A DNA stretch of 64,000 nucleotides from an uncultured virus (IMG/VR IMGVR_UViG_3300046742_000152) (Duplodnaviria; Heunggongvirae; Uroviricota; Caudoviricetes): positions 1 through 64,000 of the IMG/VR virus record IMGVR_UViG_3300046742_000152; one strand, 5' to 3'. Every line of letters begins with the position of its first letter. Positions within the stretch are counted from its first letter, which is position 1. Shown piece after piece: positions 30,115-40,631 of the stretch. The notes under the pieces are model-generated. The model ran no database searches. It was not told where the DNA came from and worked only from the letters and a program-made list of their open reading frames with translations. A program made the translations under genes and the position numbers.

Positions 30115-30690
30115 CTATTTTTTTTTACTTTTAAAAGACAAAATCTTTTCGCATAAATCATATAGTTCCAAAAGAGATAGTTCGCCTTTTGCATAATTAG
30201 CTTCCTTTAAGCAGATACCGAGGTTACTAAGATCATTAGTTCCACCTTTTGATGTGGGTATAATATGATCAAGGTGATAAGTTTCGGGTTTATTTAAATT
30301 AATTGGTAGTCCCGTTAAATAACAAATGGGCTTTTCACCTATATGATTAATCACATCTTTGCATGAGTAATTTTTTGAAATATTATTAACGATTGCATTA
30401 CCTTTATTTGATGACGGAGGTCTTTTCTTGAAAGTTTTAACTTTAGCTCTTAAAGTCTGATAATTAGCTCTTGTGCATCGAGCTTTAAAATTTGAGACTT
30501 TTTTGCATATTGGCTTCCTGTTTTTCACTTGTTTTTTGACCCTAGCTTTTTCAGAACCAGAACCGCAATGGTACGAAATAGTCGAAAGAGAACATCCTAT
30601 TTTTTTTTGAATTTGTTTATAGCTCAAACCTTTAGATCGAAGCTTGAGTATGATATCTTTCCTAGGTTGGTTATTATACTTCCTGTTCAT
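30115..30690 (-). CDS. HNH endonuclease with N-terminal HTH
   Basis: GLSYKQIQKKIGCSLSTISYH; CYLTG..HLDHIIPTSKGGTNDLSNL..C..AN..K. Confidence 0.88.
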   Translation of the reverse strand: MNRKYNNQPRKDIILKLRSKGLSYKQIQKKIGCSLSTISYHCGSGSEKARVKKQVKNRKPICKKVSNFKARCTRANYQTLRAKVKTFKKRPPSSNKGNAIVNNISKNYSCKDVINHIGEKPICYLTGLPINLNKPETYHLDHIIPTSKGGTNDLSNLGICLKEANYAKGELSLLELYDLCEKILSFKSKKK

Positions 30691-31213
30691 ACGCAGAAAA
30701 ATGTTTAGCGAAACGCTGAGCGACTCTAATTCTATATTGATAATAGCTAACTTGTTTAATATTCATTGCGTTCATAATTTCAGAGCGGCTTTTACCCTCT
30801 TTAAGAAGTTTAAAGAACTCTGTTTCTCTGCAGCTTAAATGTTTATTTTCTATTGTTTTGGTTAACTCTTGCTTTTTAGATAAAGATTCTTTATTGTCTA
30901 AAACTAAAAATGGATCAAAAATTGAGCAAGCTGTATTATCTAGATGATCCGAGGAACAGAACTCTCTAGATCTAGACGATTCACTTAAATATCTTTTTAT
31001 TTGAAACCTGCATATTGTAAAGCTCCAACTATAAAAACTTTTACTTGGGATATAGGTGTCGCGCTTTTTAATTAAAATAAATAAAGTATTTTGCAATATA
31101 TCTTGACAATCTTGATGATTGTAAATTCTAGATCTTATAAAATGCAATAATAAAGGTTTGATAATTTCAATTTTTCGATCATAACACTTTTCTTTATCTA
31201 TCACCAACTTCAT
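30674..31213 (-). CDS. ECF-type RNA polymerase sigma factor
   Basis: Region 2 DCQDILQNTLF..FYSWSFTICR; region 4 LSCRE..GKSRSEIMNAMNI. Confidence 0.8.
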   Translation of the reverse strand: MKLVIDKEKCYDRKIEIIKPLLLHFIRSRIYNHQDCQDILQNTLFILIKKRDTYIPSKSFYSWSFTICRFQIKRYLSESSRSREFCSSDHLDNTACSIFDPFLVLDNKESLSKKQELTKTIENKHLSCRETEFFKLLKEGKSRSEIMNAMNIKQVSYYQYRIRVAQRFAKHFSAYEQEV

Positions 31214-32388
31214 TTTAAATCATTTATTTTTATACTTAAAGAGTTATTATTTTCTTTTTTAATTGATAAATCAATTTCCGAGTAATGTTCGGTAAACAAA
31301 TGAAAATAAACTATCTCAAGTAATTCAGATAGATTAGTATTTTCAAAATCAACATCTTCTTCACAAACTTCTTCAGAATCAAGTTCTTTATATATCTTAT
31401 ATAATATATCTTCTAATTTTTTAAGGGGATCAGAATCATTGTTAAGGTCTTTATTAAAAGCTATCATGGTAAAATTAGTCTATCGGAATCATTTTCTAAT
31501 TCTAAATTATTCCAATAATCGTGGTTGTATTTACTGTATTTTATATCATCAAATAATATAAGGATTTGTTTTGGAGAATTAGATTTAACTTCGTAGCCCA
31601 CAGCTGTTCCTTCGGGAACTCTACCACTGCCATCGATAAATTCAAAGCATTCATCGTAATCATGTTCAGAATAAATTATTTGACTAGACTTCATCGCTGT
31701 TTATGCAATTACTCTCATCTTCCCAGCGATTAGCATAAGGATTTTTTTTCTCAATTGAAATAGTTTGACTTCTAAAGTTATTTTTTTTCATCATAGCATT
31801 ATGATAGCTTAAAGCTTGCTCAGCAGATTCAGCAGTGTAATAATGGAAGCTATCTAAGGCTGAGTGCCCTGCTCCAGCATTGTATTTAACTCTATATTCA
31901 AATAATTGAGGATCAGAATATTTCTTCTTTGAATTCATGATAAATATCTTCAAATAAAACTAAGTCAATAGTATGAGCATCAAAAAGAGTTTCTTCTCTC
32001 TCTACTTCATATCCGACAGCAATACCTTCTTCAACTACGCTATCGTCTTTTTCCCAGAAGAATTCTTCATCTTCGCTTGCATAAATTAAATTTGAACTTT
32101 TTATTTTATTATTTCTCATGATTATATTGTAAATTATCCCTCAAACATTTCCAGTTGATTATTAGCGGGAAGGGAAGTTTTAGTCTCGCTTGGAGAAAGT
32201 TTTTTTTGCCGAAGCCAATTTCTTTGAGCCATGCGAACAACGAAACGCATAAATGCAAAAGCGTAAACCTTATTTAATTGGATGTAACCATTGAATCCAT
32301 CAGCTTCCATAATTGTAAAAGTTTTTGTTTCTTCATCGTATTCAAACTCTACGTTTTTTAGTTTTTTATTTATTTTCATTGTTCGCAA
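31210..32388 (-). other. hypothetical CDSs 31210-31467, 31464-31694, 31684-31953, 31913-32119, 32134-32388
   Basis: Tiled minus-strand ORFs; 31464 and 31913 are paralogues. Confidence 0.7.
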
Positions 32389-34013
32389 AAAACATTATTG
32401 TTAATCTCTACATCGACTCTATCATCAGGATATGTAATTTTAATCCTAATTAACCTGCCTTCGTCAAAAGCTGCCAAAAGTTGTTCGGGGGTAACATCTA
32501 AATCTTCTAAAATTTTTCTTGTCAAACTATGGTTTGGGCTTTCTAGTGCATTCCTTAATTCTTTTTTGCTTTCAGGAAAGTTTTTATTTTGAGCGTTTGG
32601 ATTATGAAAGCGAGTTAAACGATTCCCCCCGCCTTTTTCACCTTCCTCTCGAAGGACTTTTTGTATATCATTTTGATATGAATTTTCGTATTTTTCATGA
32701 GAAAAAGTAGGACTCGTTGCCATTAATAATTTGTCTTTATATTTTTCTTCATAGTATTTTCTAATTTCTTCATCTAACTTAATATTGTTAGGAATAATAT
32801 CATAATGTAAAACACTTCTAGTATATTTTCTAGAAAATTTAGCGTTCATATGAGTAGCTATAGCTACTGATTCTTGAATAAACGGGAGATCTTCTATGGC
32901 TTTGTCATTTAAGGAAGCAGAATCTATGTCAAAATTCGCCAAAAATTGAACAAGATTTTCATCAATATTATACATATTGCAAGGTATTGGAAAAGGGTTT
33001 TCTGGATCTCTGTACCCCATTAATCTACCAAGAAAAGATTGAGCAACTGAAGAAATAACTTTTCTGTCTTCAATAGCAAAAGCTATTCTGAGTTTTTCTT
33101 TGAGAGGGAATCTAATTCCCATAGATATGCCTTGACAGGCTATTATAATCGTAGGTTTATTGTATGATTCACGAAGAGCATTAGTGAAAGAGCTTTGAAT
33201 TTTTTTGCCATCGGTGGAGTTAACTGCAAGAGCATGAATTTTATCTTTAAAATGAAGATTTATTTTTTGAGCCAATTGCTCGCCATCATCTGCGGAACTA
33301 GCAACTCTGATAAGACCTATTGGGTATCCTGAGAGACCTTCTTTTGTGAAAGTTTGCTTTAAATCTTCAGAATCTAGGCGGCTTAACTCTTCTAATAAAA
33401 ATGGATGAAGCTCATTGTTTTCTAGTTTATTTATGCCATCAATAGGATTTTTAAAAATAATATTTTTATGATCTAAAAATTCTTGTGCGCCAAAATAATT
33501 TTCCCCCACTTCTAAATCTAAAGCATCAATTCTGCCAAAGAGTTCTTTACTCAAAGTGCCATGATTGTGAGCGTACATTAATTGCCAATTCGTAGCTCCT
33601 AAAAGAATATAAAATGGTCGTCCCCAATTTTTTTGCTTATAATATTTGTTTAAACCAATAATTAAGTCGTTAAACCTGGAATATTCTTTTTGCCCAACAT
33701 GAACTTCATCACAAGCAATAAATGGTGAATAGGGTATCGAGCCTCCGTTTTCTAAAATATCAAGCGTATCTTTTAGTTTTTCACATCTAACTTGAATATT
33801 TTGTTCTCTAATCGCTCGTTCATTTTCATCATACAAGTGATTGTCGCTAACAATAGGAATGAAAAGTCCGCTATCTTTAAACTCTGTTTGTAGGCATGGA
33901 ACAATGTCTGTTTTACCGCTTTGGCATGGCGCATTGCATATAATGGTATTGTATCCATCATTTCTTCTGTTTAGGATTTTACTTACATTGTTCTTAGTGT
34001 TTGGGTAATGCAT
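32376..34013 (-). CDS. superfamily-2 helicase-like P-loop ATPase
   Basis: APCQSGKT, ACDEVH, GAT, QSFLGRLMGY. Confidence 0.75.
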   Translation of the reverse strand: MHYPNTKNNVSKILNRRNDGYNTIICNAPCQSGKTDIVPCLQTEFKDSGLFIPIVSDNHLYDENERAIREQNIQVRCEKLKDTLDILENGGSIPYSPFIACDEVHVGQKEYSRFNDLIIGLNKYYKQKNWGRPFYILLGATNWQLMYAHNHGTLSKELFGRIDALDLEVGENYFGAQEFLDHKNIIFKNPIDGINKLENNELHPFLLEELSRLDSEDLKQTFTKEGLSGYPIGLIRVASSADDGEQLAQKINLHFKDKIHALAVNSTDGKKIQSSFTNALRESYNKPTIIIACQGISMGIRFPLKEKLRIAFAIEDRKVISSVAQSFLGRLMGYRDPENPFPIPCNMYNIDENLVQFLANFDIDSASLNDKAIEDLPFIQESVAIATHMNAKFSRKYTRSVLHYDIIPNNIKLDEEIRKYYEEKYKDKLLMATSPTFSHEKYENSYQNDIQKVLREEGEKGGGNRLTRFHNPNAQNKNFPESKKELRNALESPNHSLTRKILEDLDVTPEQLLAAFDEGRLIRIKITYPDDRVDVEINNNVFCEQ

Positions 34014-34048
34014 GATATAATCATAGCATTATATAAAACAAAAGTCAA
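34014..34048 (-). promoter_or_regulatory. leaderless sigma70-type promoter TTGACT-17-TATGAT-6-ATG (representative; others at 6402-6436, 10078-10112, 12880-12914, 19794-19828, 21371-21405, 45920-45954)
   Basis: Identical 17+6+6 spacing to the start codon at each site. Confidence 0.75.
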
Positions 34049-34054
34049 TAAAAA

Positions 34055-34717
34055 TTAAGTATAAATTATTTCAGCTCCTTTTATGCTCTTACCTATGAAA
34101 GGGTAAGGATTTTTTACGTATTGATTGATATTGAAAGTTTGAAAATGTTTTATTCGACTCATATTCACTAAATCGGGATGCACATACCAATCTTCGAAAA
34201 CATCGCCAGGTCCAAGGTTATGAACATTAAGAAAAGCAGGGACATAACCAGCGTTTTTAAAAATTTCTCTAGATTCTTCAACTGCAGGTATCAAAGATGT
34301 ATCACCTTTAAAATCGTGTTCATATGTTATAACTTTAAATTTAAAATCATGAAACACTTCTTCCTTTAATTGCTTTAATAAATGAAGATTGCCCATCGCT
34401 GGATCTATGTCAATTTGTAGATAATCCACTATGTTTGGAACAGAATGTTCTGAGAATAAATTTTTATAGTCGTGATTATGAGCGGAACCATGAATAAAGG
34501 TGGAATTTTTTCTATCGTTTAGCCATTTTAGATGAAGATTTGAGCAGTCAAAGGATAAACCTTTCCAATTAAATACTGTATCTAGGCAATAAGTGTTGCT
34601 TAACACACGCGGATCTAAAGCTCCGAATTCAAGAAAATAACCGTTAAACGGATGATTTAAAGTATTTAAAACAAATTTTTCTTGACCTGCTTGACTATTT
34701 GAAGTGTAGCTTAACAT
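34055..34717 (-). CDS. FkbM-like methyltransferase
   Basis: SQAGQ, FLEFGA, SNTY, WKG, DYLQIDID, FEDWYVHP. Confidence 0.8.
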   Translation of the reverse strand: MLSYTSNSQAGQEKFVLNTLNHPFNGYFLEFGALDPRVLSNTYCLDTVFNWKGLSFDCSNLHLKWLNDRKNSTFIHGSAHNHDYKNLFSEHSVPNIVDYLQIDIDPAMGNLHLLKQLKEEVFHDFKFKVITYEHDFKGDTSLIPAVEESREIFKNAGYVPAFLNVHNLGPGDVFEDWYVHPDLVNMSRIKHFQTFNINQYVKNPYPFIGKSIKGAEIIYT

Positions 34718-34751
34718 ATGATGTTATATACACCCATTATTAAAATCAAGG

Positions 34752-35483
34752 TCAATATTTTTGATTAATTGATTCCATTAATTTTTCTAAATGAGTGATA
34801 TAATAATTTTCTGGAGGATTCGGTATGTCAGCGGGTTTTAAGCGGTGACAATAACAGTCAGGCACATTTTGCAAAAAAACTTCTAAAGAAATGTCACCAG
34901 CAAGATAACTTTTATATATATTCCAAGGAATACTTCCACCTTTATTTTGTTGAATGGTAGGTTGAGGTAAAATTCCTTGCTCGCGCAAATGAAAACCTAC
35001 ATCAACATCATCTATAACTAATTGTTTGTCAATAATTTTTTCTTCGTACAGAGCAACTAAAAGTTTAACCAAATCTTTGGAGATCCAGTATCCATATCCA
35101 GCGGCAAAATCAGCTACGCGATGTCTGCCGACGAAGCCTCCATAAAAATTAGAAATAGGTAAAGTCTCGGCAAAATTTTTAAGAGCGGGAAGATTTATAT
35201 AAGTGCTTAAACACGAACGATAAATATAATCAAAATCAAAATTAGCTAAACAATATTTAAAACAATCTAGAGTTTTAAAAATTGAAGAGCTTAAGGCATC
35301 TGCCGTTTCAAGTTGGAGCGTATCAATGAAAAAGTTATCTTCGGAGTAGTCACCCTCATAAAAAAAAGAAAAAACATCGTCGTCAGTTTTTTTTAACCAA
35401 GTTCGCTGGCAGATTTCTTTAGCTTGTTGATATTTTAAGCTTTTCGCTCCAAGAATAGGATTTAATATTTTAAACTTTTTCAT
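34752..35483 (-). CDS. glycosyltransferase (GT31/galactosyltransferase-like)
   Basis: RTW, FDYIYR, FAAGYGYWISKDLV, IDDVDVG. Confidence 0.75.
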   Translation of the reverse strand: MKKFKILNPILGAKSLKYQQAKEICQRTWLKKTDDDVFSFFYEGDYSEDNFFIDTLQLETADALSSSIFKTLDCFKYCLANFDFDYIYRSCLSTYINLPALKNFAETLPISNFYGGFVGRHRVADFAAGYGYWISKDLVKLLVALYEEKIIDKQLVIDDVDVGFHLREQGILPQPTIQQNKGGSIPWNIYKSYLAGDISLEVFLQNVPDCYCHRLKPADIPNPPENYYITHLEKLMESINQKY

Positions 35484-36678
35484 TATTAATGATATTAGAT
35501 ATTAATACGTATGAGTTGGTTTTTTTTGCACGAACAAAATTTTCATAAAACTGTTCAATCAAAGGATGGTTAATATATTTTTGAACGATAGCTGGCAAAT
35601 TAGATTCACGGTTTTCAATAGGGTACTCAAAAGTATAATTTAGGCACTGTTCAATTGAGGATTGAAGTTTTTCAATAGCGTTTTTAGAGACAATTTCTTG
35701 ATCGTTATATCGAGAGGTAAGGTCTTGAACATGCAGAACTTTTATGAAGGAAGATAGTGTTCCGATGTGTTCATCCATCATATTTCCCCCGCCAAAAGTG
35801 CCAGTTTGAATTTCTAAGCCTCCATGCGGTAAAAATGGACTGTTGGCCCGTGCGGTTCCAACGCCACAAATTATAATTTTAGCAGAATTGGCTATATTTA
35901 GTTGACTTTCAAAGTTATGTTGAGATAAATCGATGATTTGAAAATTAAATTTATTTAAATATTTTTTATTTAAAGCGGCAAATAAATTTTCTACGCCATG
36001 ATAGGGTCTTTTATTAGCTATGTAGTATATTGTATTGTTTTTGCCAACATCTTTATTGCGCGTGATATTATAACGATCATAAAGTCTATCAACAAAAATA
36101 TCAACAGGATCTTGTGTGTGTGCTTTTAGCTGTTTTCGGCTGCAGAAGTTTTTTTCTATGCAGCCAATGCCGACAGCGCATCCTATAATTAAATTTGGGA
36201 TTTTTAAAATAATTTCAGATTGAGCTGAATGAGGAGCGATGTCATTTTCTACCAAATGCCAACTAGACTTCACTGAATCTCCACAAAAACGTTTTAAAAG
36301 TTCCATGGGCCACTTACGATAATGACTCCACATGCTTGGAGAAACTAGCCAAATAAAATCATCTTCCTTGGCGGAATCTGGCATAAAATAAAAAAGCGAA
36401 TACCAACTAGAATACATACAATCCCATAAATTATGACCAGGATTTCCATGAAAATTATTTAGACACACAATTGGTCTGGGCTCTGTTTTAGCTTCTTTTA
36501 ATTTTTCTGCTCCAACTAAATTAGTTAAATCTGAAATAGGAAGCGTGTGAAATGGAACATAGTCTTGTGGATGAAGCGAAACATTTTCAAGGAGTTTCTC
36601 ACTTGAGTAATAATTTCCTTTATAAAAAAACACATCTTTAAGATGTTGAATTTTAAAGTTTTCAAAAATAGGGTTCAT
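35470..36678 (-). CDS. GT61-like glycosyltransferase
   Basis: NPGHNLWD; FESQL..AKIIICGVGTARAN.PFLP. Confidence 0.65.
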   Translation of the reverse strand: MNPIFENFKIQHLKDVFFYKGNYYSSEKLLENVSLHPQDYVPFHTLPISDLTNLVGAEKLKEAKTEPRPIVCLNNFHGNPGHNLWDCMYSSWYSLFYFMPDSAKEDDFIWLVSPSMWSHYRKWPMELLKRFCGDSVKSSWHLVENDIAPHSAQSEIILKIPNLIIGCAVGIGCIEKNFCSRKQLKAHTQDPVDIFVDRLYDRYNITRNKDVGKNNTIYYIANKRPYHGVENLFAALNKKYLNKFNFQIIDLSQHNFESQLNIANSAKIIICGVGTARANSPFLPHGGLEIQTGTFGGGNMMDEHIGTLSSFIKVLHVQDLTSRYNDQEIVSKNAIEKLQSSIEQCLNYTFEYPIENRESNLPAIVQKYINHPLIEQFYENFVRAKKTNSYVLISNIINNEKV

Positions 36679-37025
36679 TCAAAAATGAAATGAAACCACG
36701 CCAGAGTTACTTTTCGGTTTTCATTAAAATGCAGCAAAACTTGACCTTTATGTGTATTTCCTGCAACCTTAAAAGTAAAATCTGATAGAGAATCTTCTTC
36801 TTGGTGAATTGTGCTTGTAAAATTAAAATCGAATTCTTCTTCAAAAAAATGTTTTAAAAATGTTTTAAAATTATTTTTCCCCCCCAATTTATGAAAATTG
36901 TCTCTATAAATAATATTATCTGCGCAAAGATCAATTAAAGTATCAACTTTTTTATATTTATAAATAGAAAGGAAAAAAACAGCTAAATCAGAAGAATTTA
37001 AATGCGGTATGTGTAAATCGCTCAT
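36675..37025 (-). CDS. SnoaL/NTF2-like protein
   Basis: LCADNIIYRD..GKNNFK..F..F; HFNENRKV. Confidence 0.65.
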   Translation of the reverse strand: MSDLHIPHLNSSDLAVFFLSIYKYKKVDTLIDLCADNIIYRDNFHKLGGKNNFKTFLKHFFEEEFDFNFTSTIHQEEDSLSDFTFKVAGNTHKGQVLLHFNENRKVTLAWFHFIFE

Positions 37026-37044
37026 AAAAATATATACACTGGAT

Positions 37045-38439
37045 TTAGATTACTGTAACATCTAAAAGAGCCAAATCATTCCAATAGTCTTTAAAGCGAC
37101 CTCCGCAAAAGCAGCAATTTTCACTTTTTTCAGATGATTCATGACGTTTCACTTCAGTTAAAAGGCTATAAGGTTTTCCTTTTAAAGATCGAACTAAATA
37201 AGCTTCTCCTGTATACCCAATGCGCTCTAAAAAATGAGCAAAAGCGCTGTCAATAAAGAAAACTTGCTTCGCTTCAAGCACTAATTTTTTGAGCAAAAAC
37301 ATATTGCTGAAAATGTTTTCTTCTTGTTTGATGTAGATAAGTGGGTAATCGCAAGTGTGCCCTTTTAAATCAACATCTAATAAGTTAACAGGGTTTTTAT
37401 TTTTGGACCATTCTGCGCTGCAAATTGCATAATCGCCAGTAATATTATATAATTTTTTTAAATGATCAGCAAGAGCTGTTTGACGCTCATCTTCAGCTGG
37501 GGGTTTAAATTTTGAAAGAGATAATGAATAACTCAATTGGTGAAAATGATAAAATCCATAACTGAAGTTTTGCCCCAACTGAACCAAATTATTTACATCT
37601 CCTGAGATTACAGGTTTAAAATTAGGATGATCTCTTACAAGTTGTAAGGCTCCCTGTTTCCAATGGCGATTGCCAGAGCCAGAGACGGAGGCGAATTCAA
37701 CTTTTGGATTTTCTTGGAAGAAATAATCGAGTTGATCTTTATTATGTTTATGAGAGGCAACTATGACTTTATCGTATATTTCTGATAAATGATTAATTAA
37801 TCCAAAGCATATAATCTCATCTCCAAGGCCGAGATGGGTATAATAGATTACCCCTTCTGGCTCTACATTTATGTCTCTTGCGTAACCTGGAAACGTATTA
37901 CCTGTAGCGCACCAATCCCATATCTCAGAGATCAAGGGCCCAAAAAAACTTAAGGATTCTTCAGGTGGATCAACTTCAGATAAAGTTTCAAGGTCTACAA
38001 AATGAAACCAATCACGAAAAGTAGAATCTATTGGAACTCCAGCTCTAGGTGGATTAGATATAAAAGCATGATCAGCAGTGTAATTTTGGTAATGTGGGTA
38101 ATCACGGGGAAACATATGTTGATTCATTCCATGGTTCTTAAAATCAGAATCAGAACAACCAAAAACTTCAGTTGCACTACAAAACAAATCATAAAGAAAG
38201 AGTTTTTTTCCTTCTCTTTCTATTTCTATTATGGAAGGAGGTCTACCAACGCTTGGTATCTTTTCAGTATTTTTAAAAAACCAAGCATTGCGTTCGGCCC
38301 ATGCTCTTGGCGCCATAAAAATGTTTTTATATAAGTATTTTTTAATAAATTCTAGAGTTAGTACCTCGCCCGCTTCTAACGCTGGATCTCCAGATCTAGC
38401 GGTCCTAAGTTTAATATTAATGTTTTTTAATAATTCCAT
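37045..38439 (-). CDS. putative GT-B glycosyltransferase
   Basis: HLGLGDEIICFGLI; FFIDSAFAH. Confidence 0.6.
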   Translation of the reverse strand: MELLKNINIKLRTARSGDPALEAGEVLTLEFIKKYLYKNIFMAPRAWAERNAWFFKNTEKIPSVGRPPSIIEIEREGKKLFLYDLFCSATEVFGCSDSDFKNHGMNQHMFPRDYPHYQNYTADHAFISNPPRAGVPIDSTFRDWFHFVDLETLSEVDPPEESLSFFGPLISEIWDWCATGNTFPGYARDINVEPEGVIYYTHLGLGDEIICFGLINHLSEIYDKVIVASHKHNKDQLDYFFQENPKVEFASVSGSGNRHWKQGALQLVRDHPNFKPVISGDVNNLVQLGQNFSYGFYHFHQLSYSLSLSKFKPPAEDERQTALADHLKKLYNITGDYAICSAEWSKNKNPVNLLDVDLKGHTCDYPLIYIKQEENIFSNMFLLKKLVLEAKQVFFIDSAFAHFLERIGYTGEAYLVRSLKGKPYSLLTEVKRHESSEKSENCCFCGGRFKDYWNDLALLDVTVI

Positions 38440-38470
38440 TTAATGTCCACAAAGAATATTACACAAAAAA

Positions 38471-39382
38471 CTATTGTTTATCTATCCAATCTTCTAGCTT
38501 TTGAGTTGGTTCCCAGTGTAAAATATTTTTAGCTTTACTATTATCAGCTAAGGTCTCTTTTGATTCGCCCAGTCGAGCTTCAATATGAATAAAGTCACCT
38601 CCAATTAAATCTTTTATTTCTAGAACAGAATGATTTAAACCTGTGCCTAAATTTATTAGTTGACCAACGACTTCCTTGTTCTCAAGGTTGGAAGCTAGAA
38701 CATTAGCTCTAGCTATATCTCCCACGTATGTAAAATCTCGTTTTTGAGTTCCGTCTCCTACTACAGTCATCGGTTCTCCAGCATTTTTTTGACGAAGAAA
38801 GATTCCAATTACTGGAGCGTATTGACCTTTAAGAGGCTGTCGCTCTCCGTAGACATTAAAATAACGAAATGAAACTGTTTCGAGGCCAAATAAATCTGTA
38901 TACATTTTACATAATTCTTCACCAGCAGTTTTTGTTACAGAATACGGATTTAAACAATCTTTTGGCATGTCTTCGTTCAATGGGCATTCATTTTTTAAGC
39001 CATATGCGGCTGAAGTAGAGCTGTAAATGACTCTTTTTACATTATTATCCCTAGCCGCTTGAAGAACGGAACAAGTACCTAAAACATTTGTTTTTGTAGC
39101 TAAAATGGGGTCTTTTAATGTTGGTTGAATCCTAGCTTCTGCAGCAAGATGAAAAATAACATCAACATCTTTACATAAAGGTGAAAAATGTTCAAAGTCG
39201 CAAATATCTACTTTATAATTTTCTGTATCATCGCGCCAATTAAATACTTCATTAGCATCAGAAGATTCGTTATCTACAACAACAACTTGATAATTTAAGT
39301 CAAGTAATTGTTCAACTATATGTGAGCCAATGAATCCAGCCCCACCTGTAACTAAGCATTTTTTAATTTTATTATTTTTCAT
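38471..39382 (-). CDS. NAD-dependent nucleotide-sugar epimerase/dehydratase
   Basis: VTGGAGFIGSH, HLAA, YSVTK, RYFNVYG, RDFTYV. Confidence 0.93.
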   Translation of the reverse strand: MKNNKIKKCLVTGGAGFIGSHIVEQLLDLNYQVVVVDNESSDANEVFNWRDDTENYKVDICDFEHFSPLCKDVDVIFHLAAEARIQPTLKDPILATKTNVLGTCSVLQAARDNNVKRVIYSSTSAAYGLKNECPLNEDMPKDCLNPYSVTKTAGEELCKMYTDLFGLETVSFRYFNVYGERQPLKGQYAPVIGIFLRQKNAGEPMTVVGDGTQKRDFTYVGDIARANVLASNLENKEVVGQLINLGTGLNHSVLEIKDLIGGDFIHIEARLGESKETLADNSKAKNILHWEPTQKLEDWIDKQ

Positions 39383-39425
39383 AAATATTATAGTCCACTT
39401 TATTTTTTTTGCGTTGTAATTTTTT

Positions 39426-40631
39426 TTATAAATACAGTTTTGAGACGATGGTGTCAGCTATTCCAAAACAAGATGTTGCTGCTGGCGAAGGCGCATTGCA
39501 AACATTAACTATTGAACCTTCAGTTTCAATCACAAAATCATCAATTAAATTCCCAGAGGAGTCAATTGCTTGAGCTCTTATGCCTGATGGAGAAGATATC
39601 ATATCTTTAGATTGAATTTCTGGCACAAGTCTTTGTAAAGCTTTTGTAAAAGCTAATTTATTAAAAGATCTATAGATTTCTCCCAAGCCCATTTTCCAAT
39701 GTTGCGAAGCCATTTTCAAGAACCCTGGATAACAGATTGAATCCAAAGCTTCAAAAAGATTGACATCAAATTTTTTATAAGATTCTTTTCCAAAAGAAAA
39801 AACGGCATTAGGACCACACTCGACAGAGCCATCTATACCTCTGGTAAAATGCACACCAAGAAAAGGGAATTTAGGATCAGGTACTGGGTAAATTAAATTT
39901 TTGCAAAGATGTTGAGAGGATTTTTTAAGTTTAAAATATTCACCTTTAAATGGTATTATTTTTAAAGAAGGATTCGCTCCAGAAATTTTAGCAATTTTGT
40001 CAGAATAAAGCCCTGCGCAGTTGACGACTGTTTGAGATAGAATTTCTGAATCTTTGGACTGAATCAGGATCTGTTTGTTTTTTAATTTTTTAATTTTTGT
40101 GACCTCAAAATTATAAAAAAATTGATCGTATTCAGAATTTTTTATTAAAGAAGTTAACTTTTTGCAAACAGCTGTATAGTCAATAATTCCGCATTCTTTA
40201 ACGTGAATAGCTTCTACACCTTTTGCATGGGGTTCAATTTCTAGTAATCTATTTTTAGAGATTAATTCGCAGTCAACTCCATTAGACAATCCTCTGGAAT
40301 ATAACTCTTTTAGTTTTGGTAACTCTTTCTTATCTGTAGCTACAATAACTTTTCCGCAAAGTTCAAAATTAATATCATGATCTAAACAAAATTTTTCTAG
40401 AATTTTTTTACCAGACCTACAATTTAAAGCTTTTTGAGAGTTTGGCTTGTAATAAATTCCAGAATGGATAACACCAGAATTTCTACCCGTTTGATGTAGG
40501 GCAAAAGTTTTTTCTTTTTCTATAATAGCAATTTTAGCATTGGGGAATTTTTTGCGAATGTTGTAAGCGGTAGAAAGTCCTACTATACCAGCTCCAATTA
40601 TACAAAAATCAAATGCTTGTTGTTCACTCAT
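39426..40631 (-). CDS. lhgO: L-2-hydroxyglutarate oxidase (FAD)
   Basis: IGAGIVG, HQTGRNSGVIHSGIYY.P.S.KA, IYPVPDP.FPFLGVHFTR, GIRAQA, NAPSPAATS. Confidence 0.9.
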   Translation of the reverse strand: MSEQQAFDFCIIGAGIVGLSTAYNIRKKFPNAKIAIIEKEKTFALHQTGRNSGVIHSGIYYKPNSQKALNCRSGKKILEKFCLDHDINFELCGKVIVATDKKELPKLKELYSRGLSNGVDCELISKNRLLEIEPHAKGVEAIHVKECGIIDYTAVCKKLTSLIKNSEYDQFFYNFEVTKIKKLKNKQILIQSKDSEILSQTVVNCAGLYSDKIAKISGANPSLKIIPFKGEYFKLKKSSQHLCKNLIYPVPDPKFPFLGVHFTRGIDGSVECGPNAVFSFGKESYKKFDVNLFEALDSICYPGFLKMASQHWKMGLGEIYRSFNKLAFTKALQRLVPEIQSKDMISSPSGIRAQAIDSSGNLIDDFVIETEGSIVNVCNAPSPAATSCFGIADTIVSKLYL

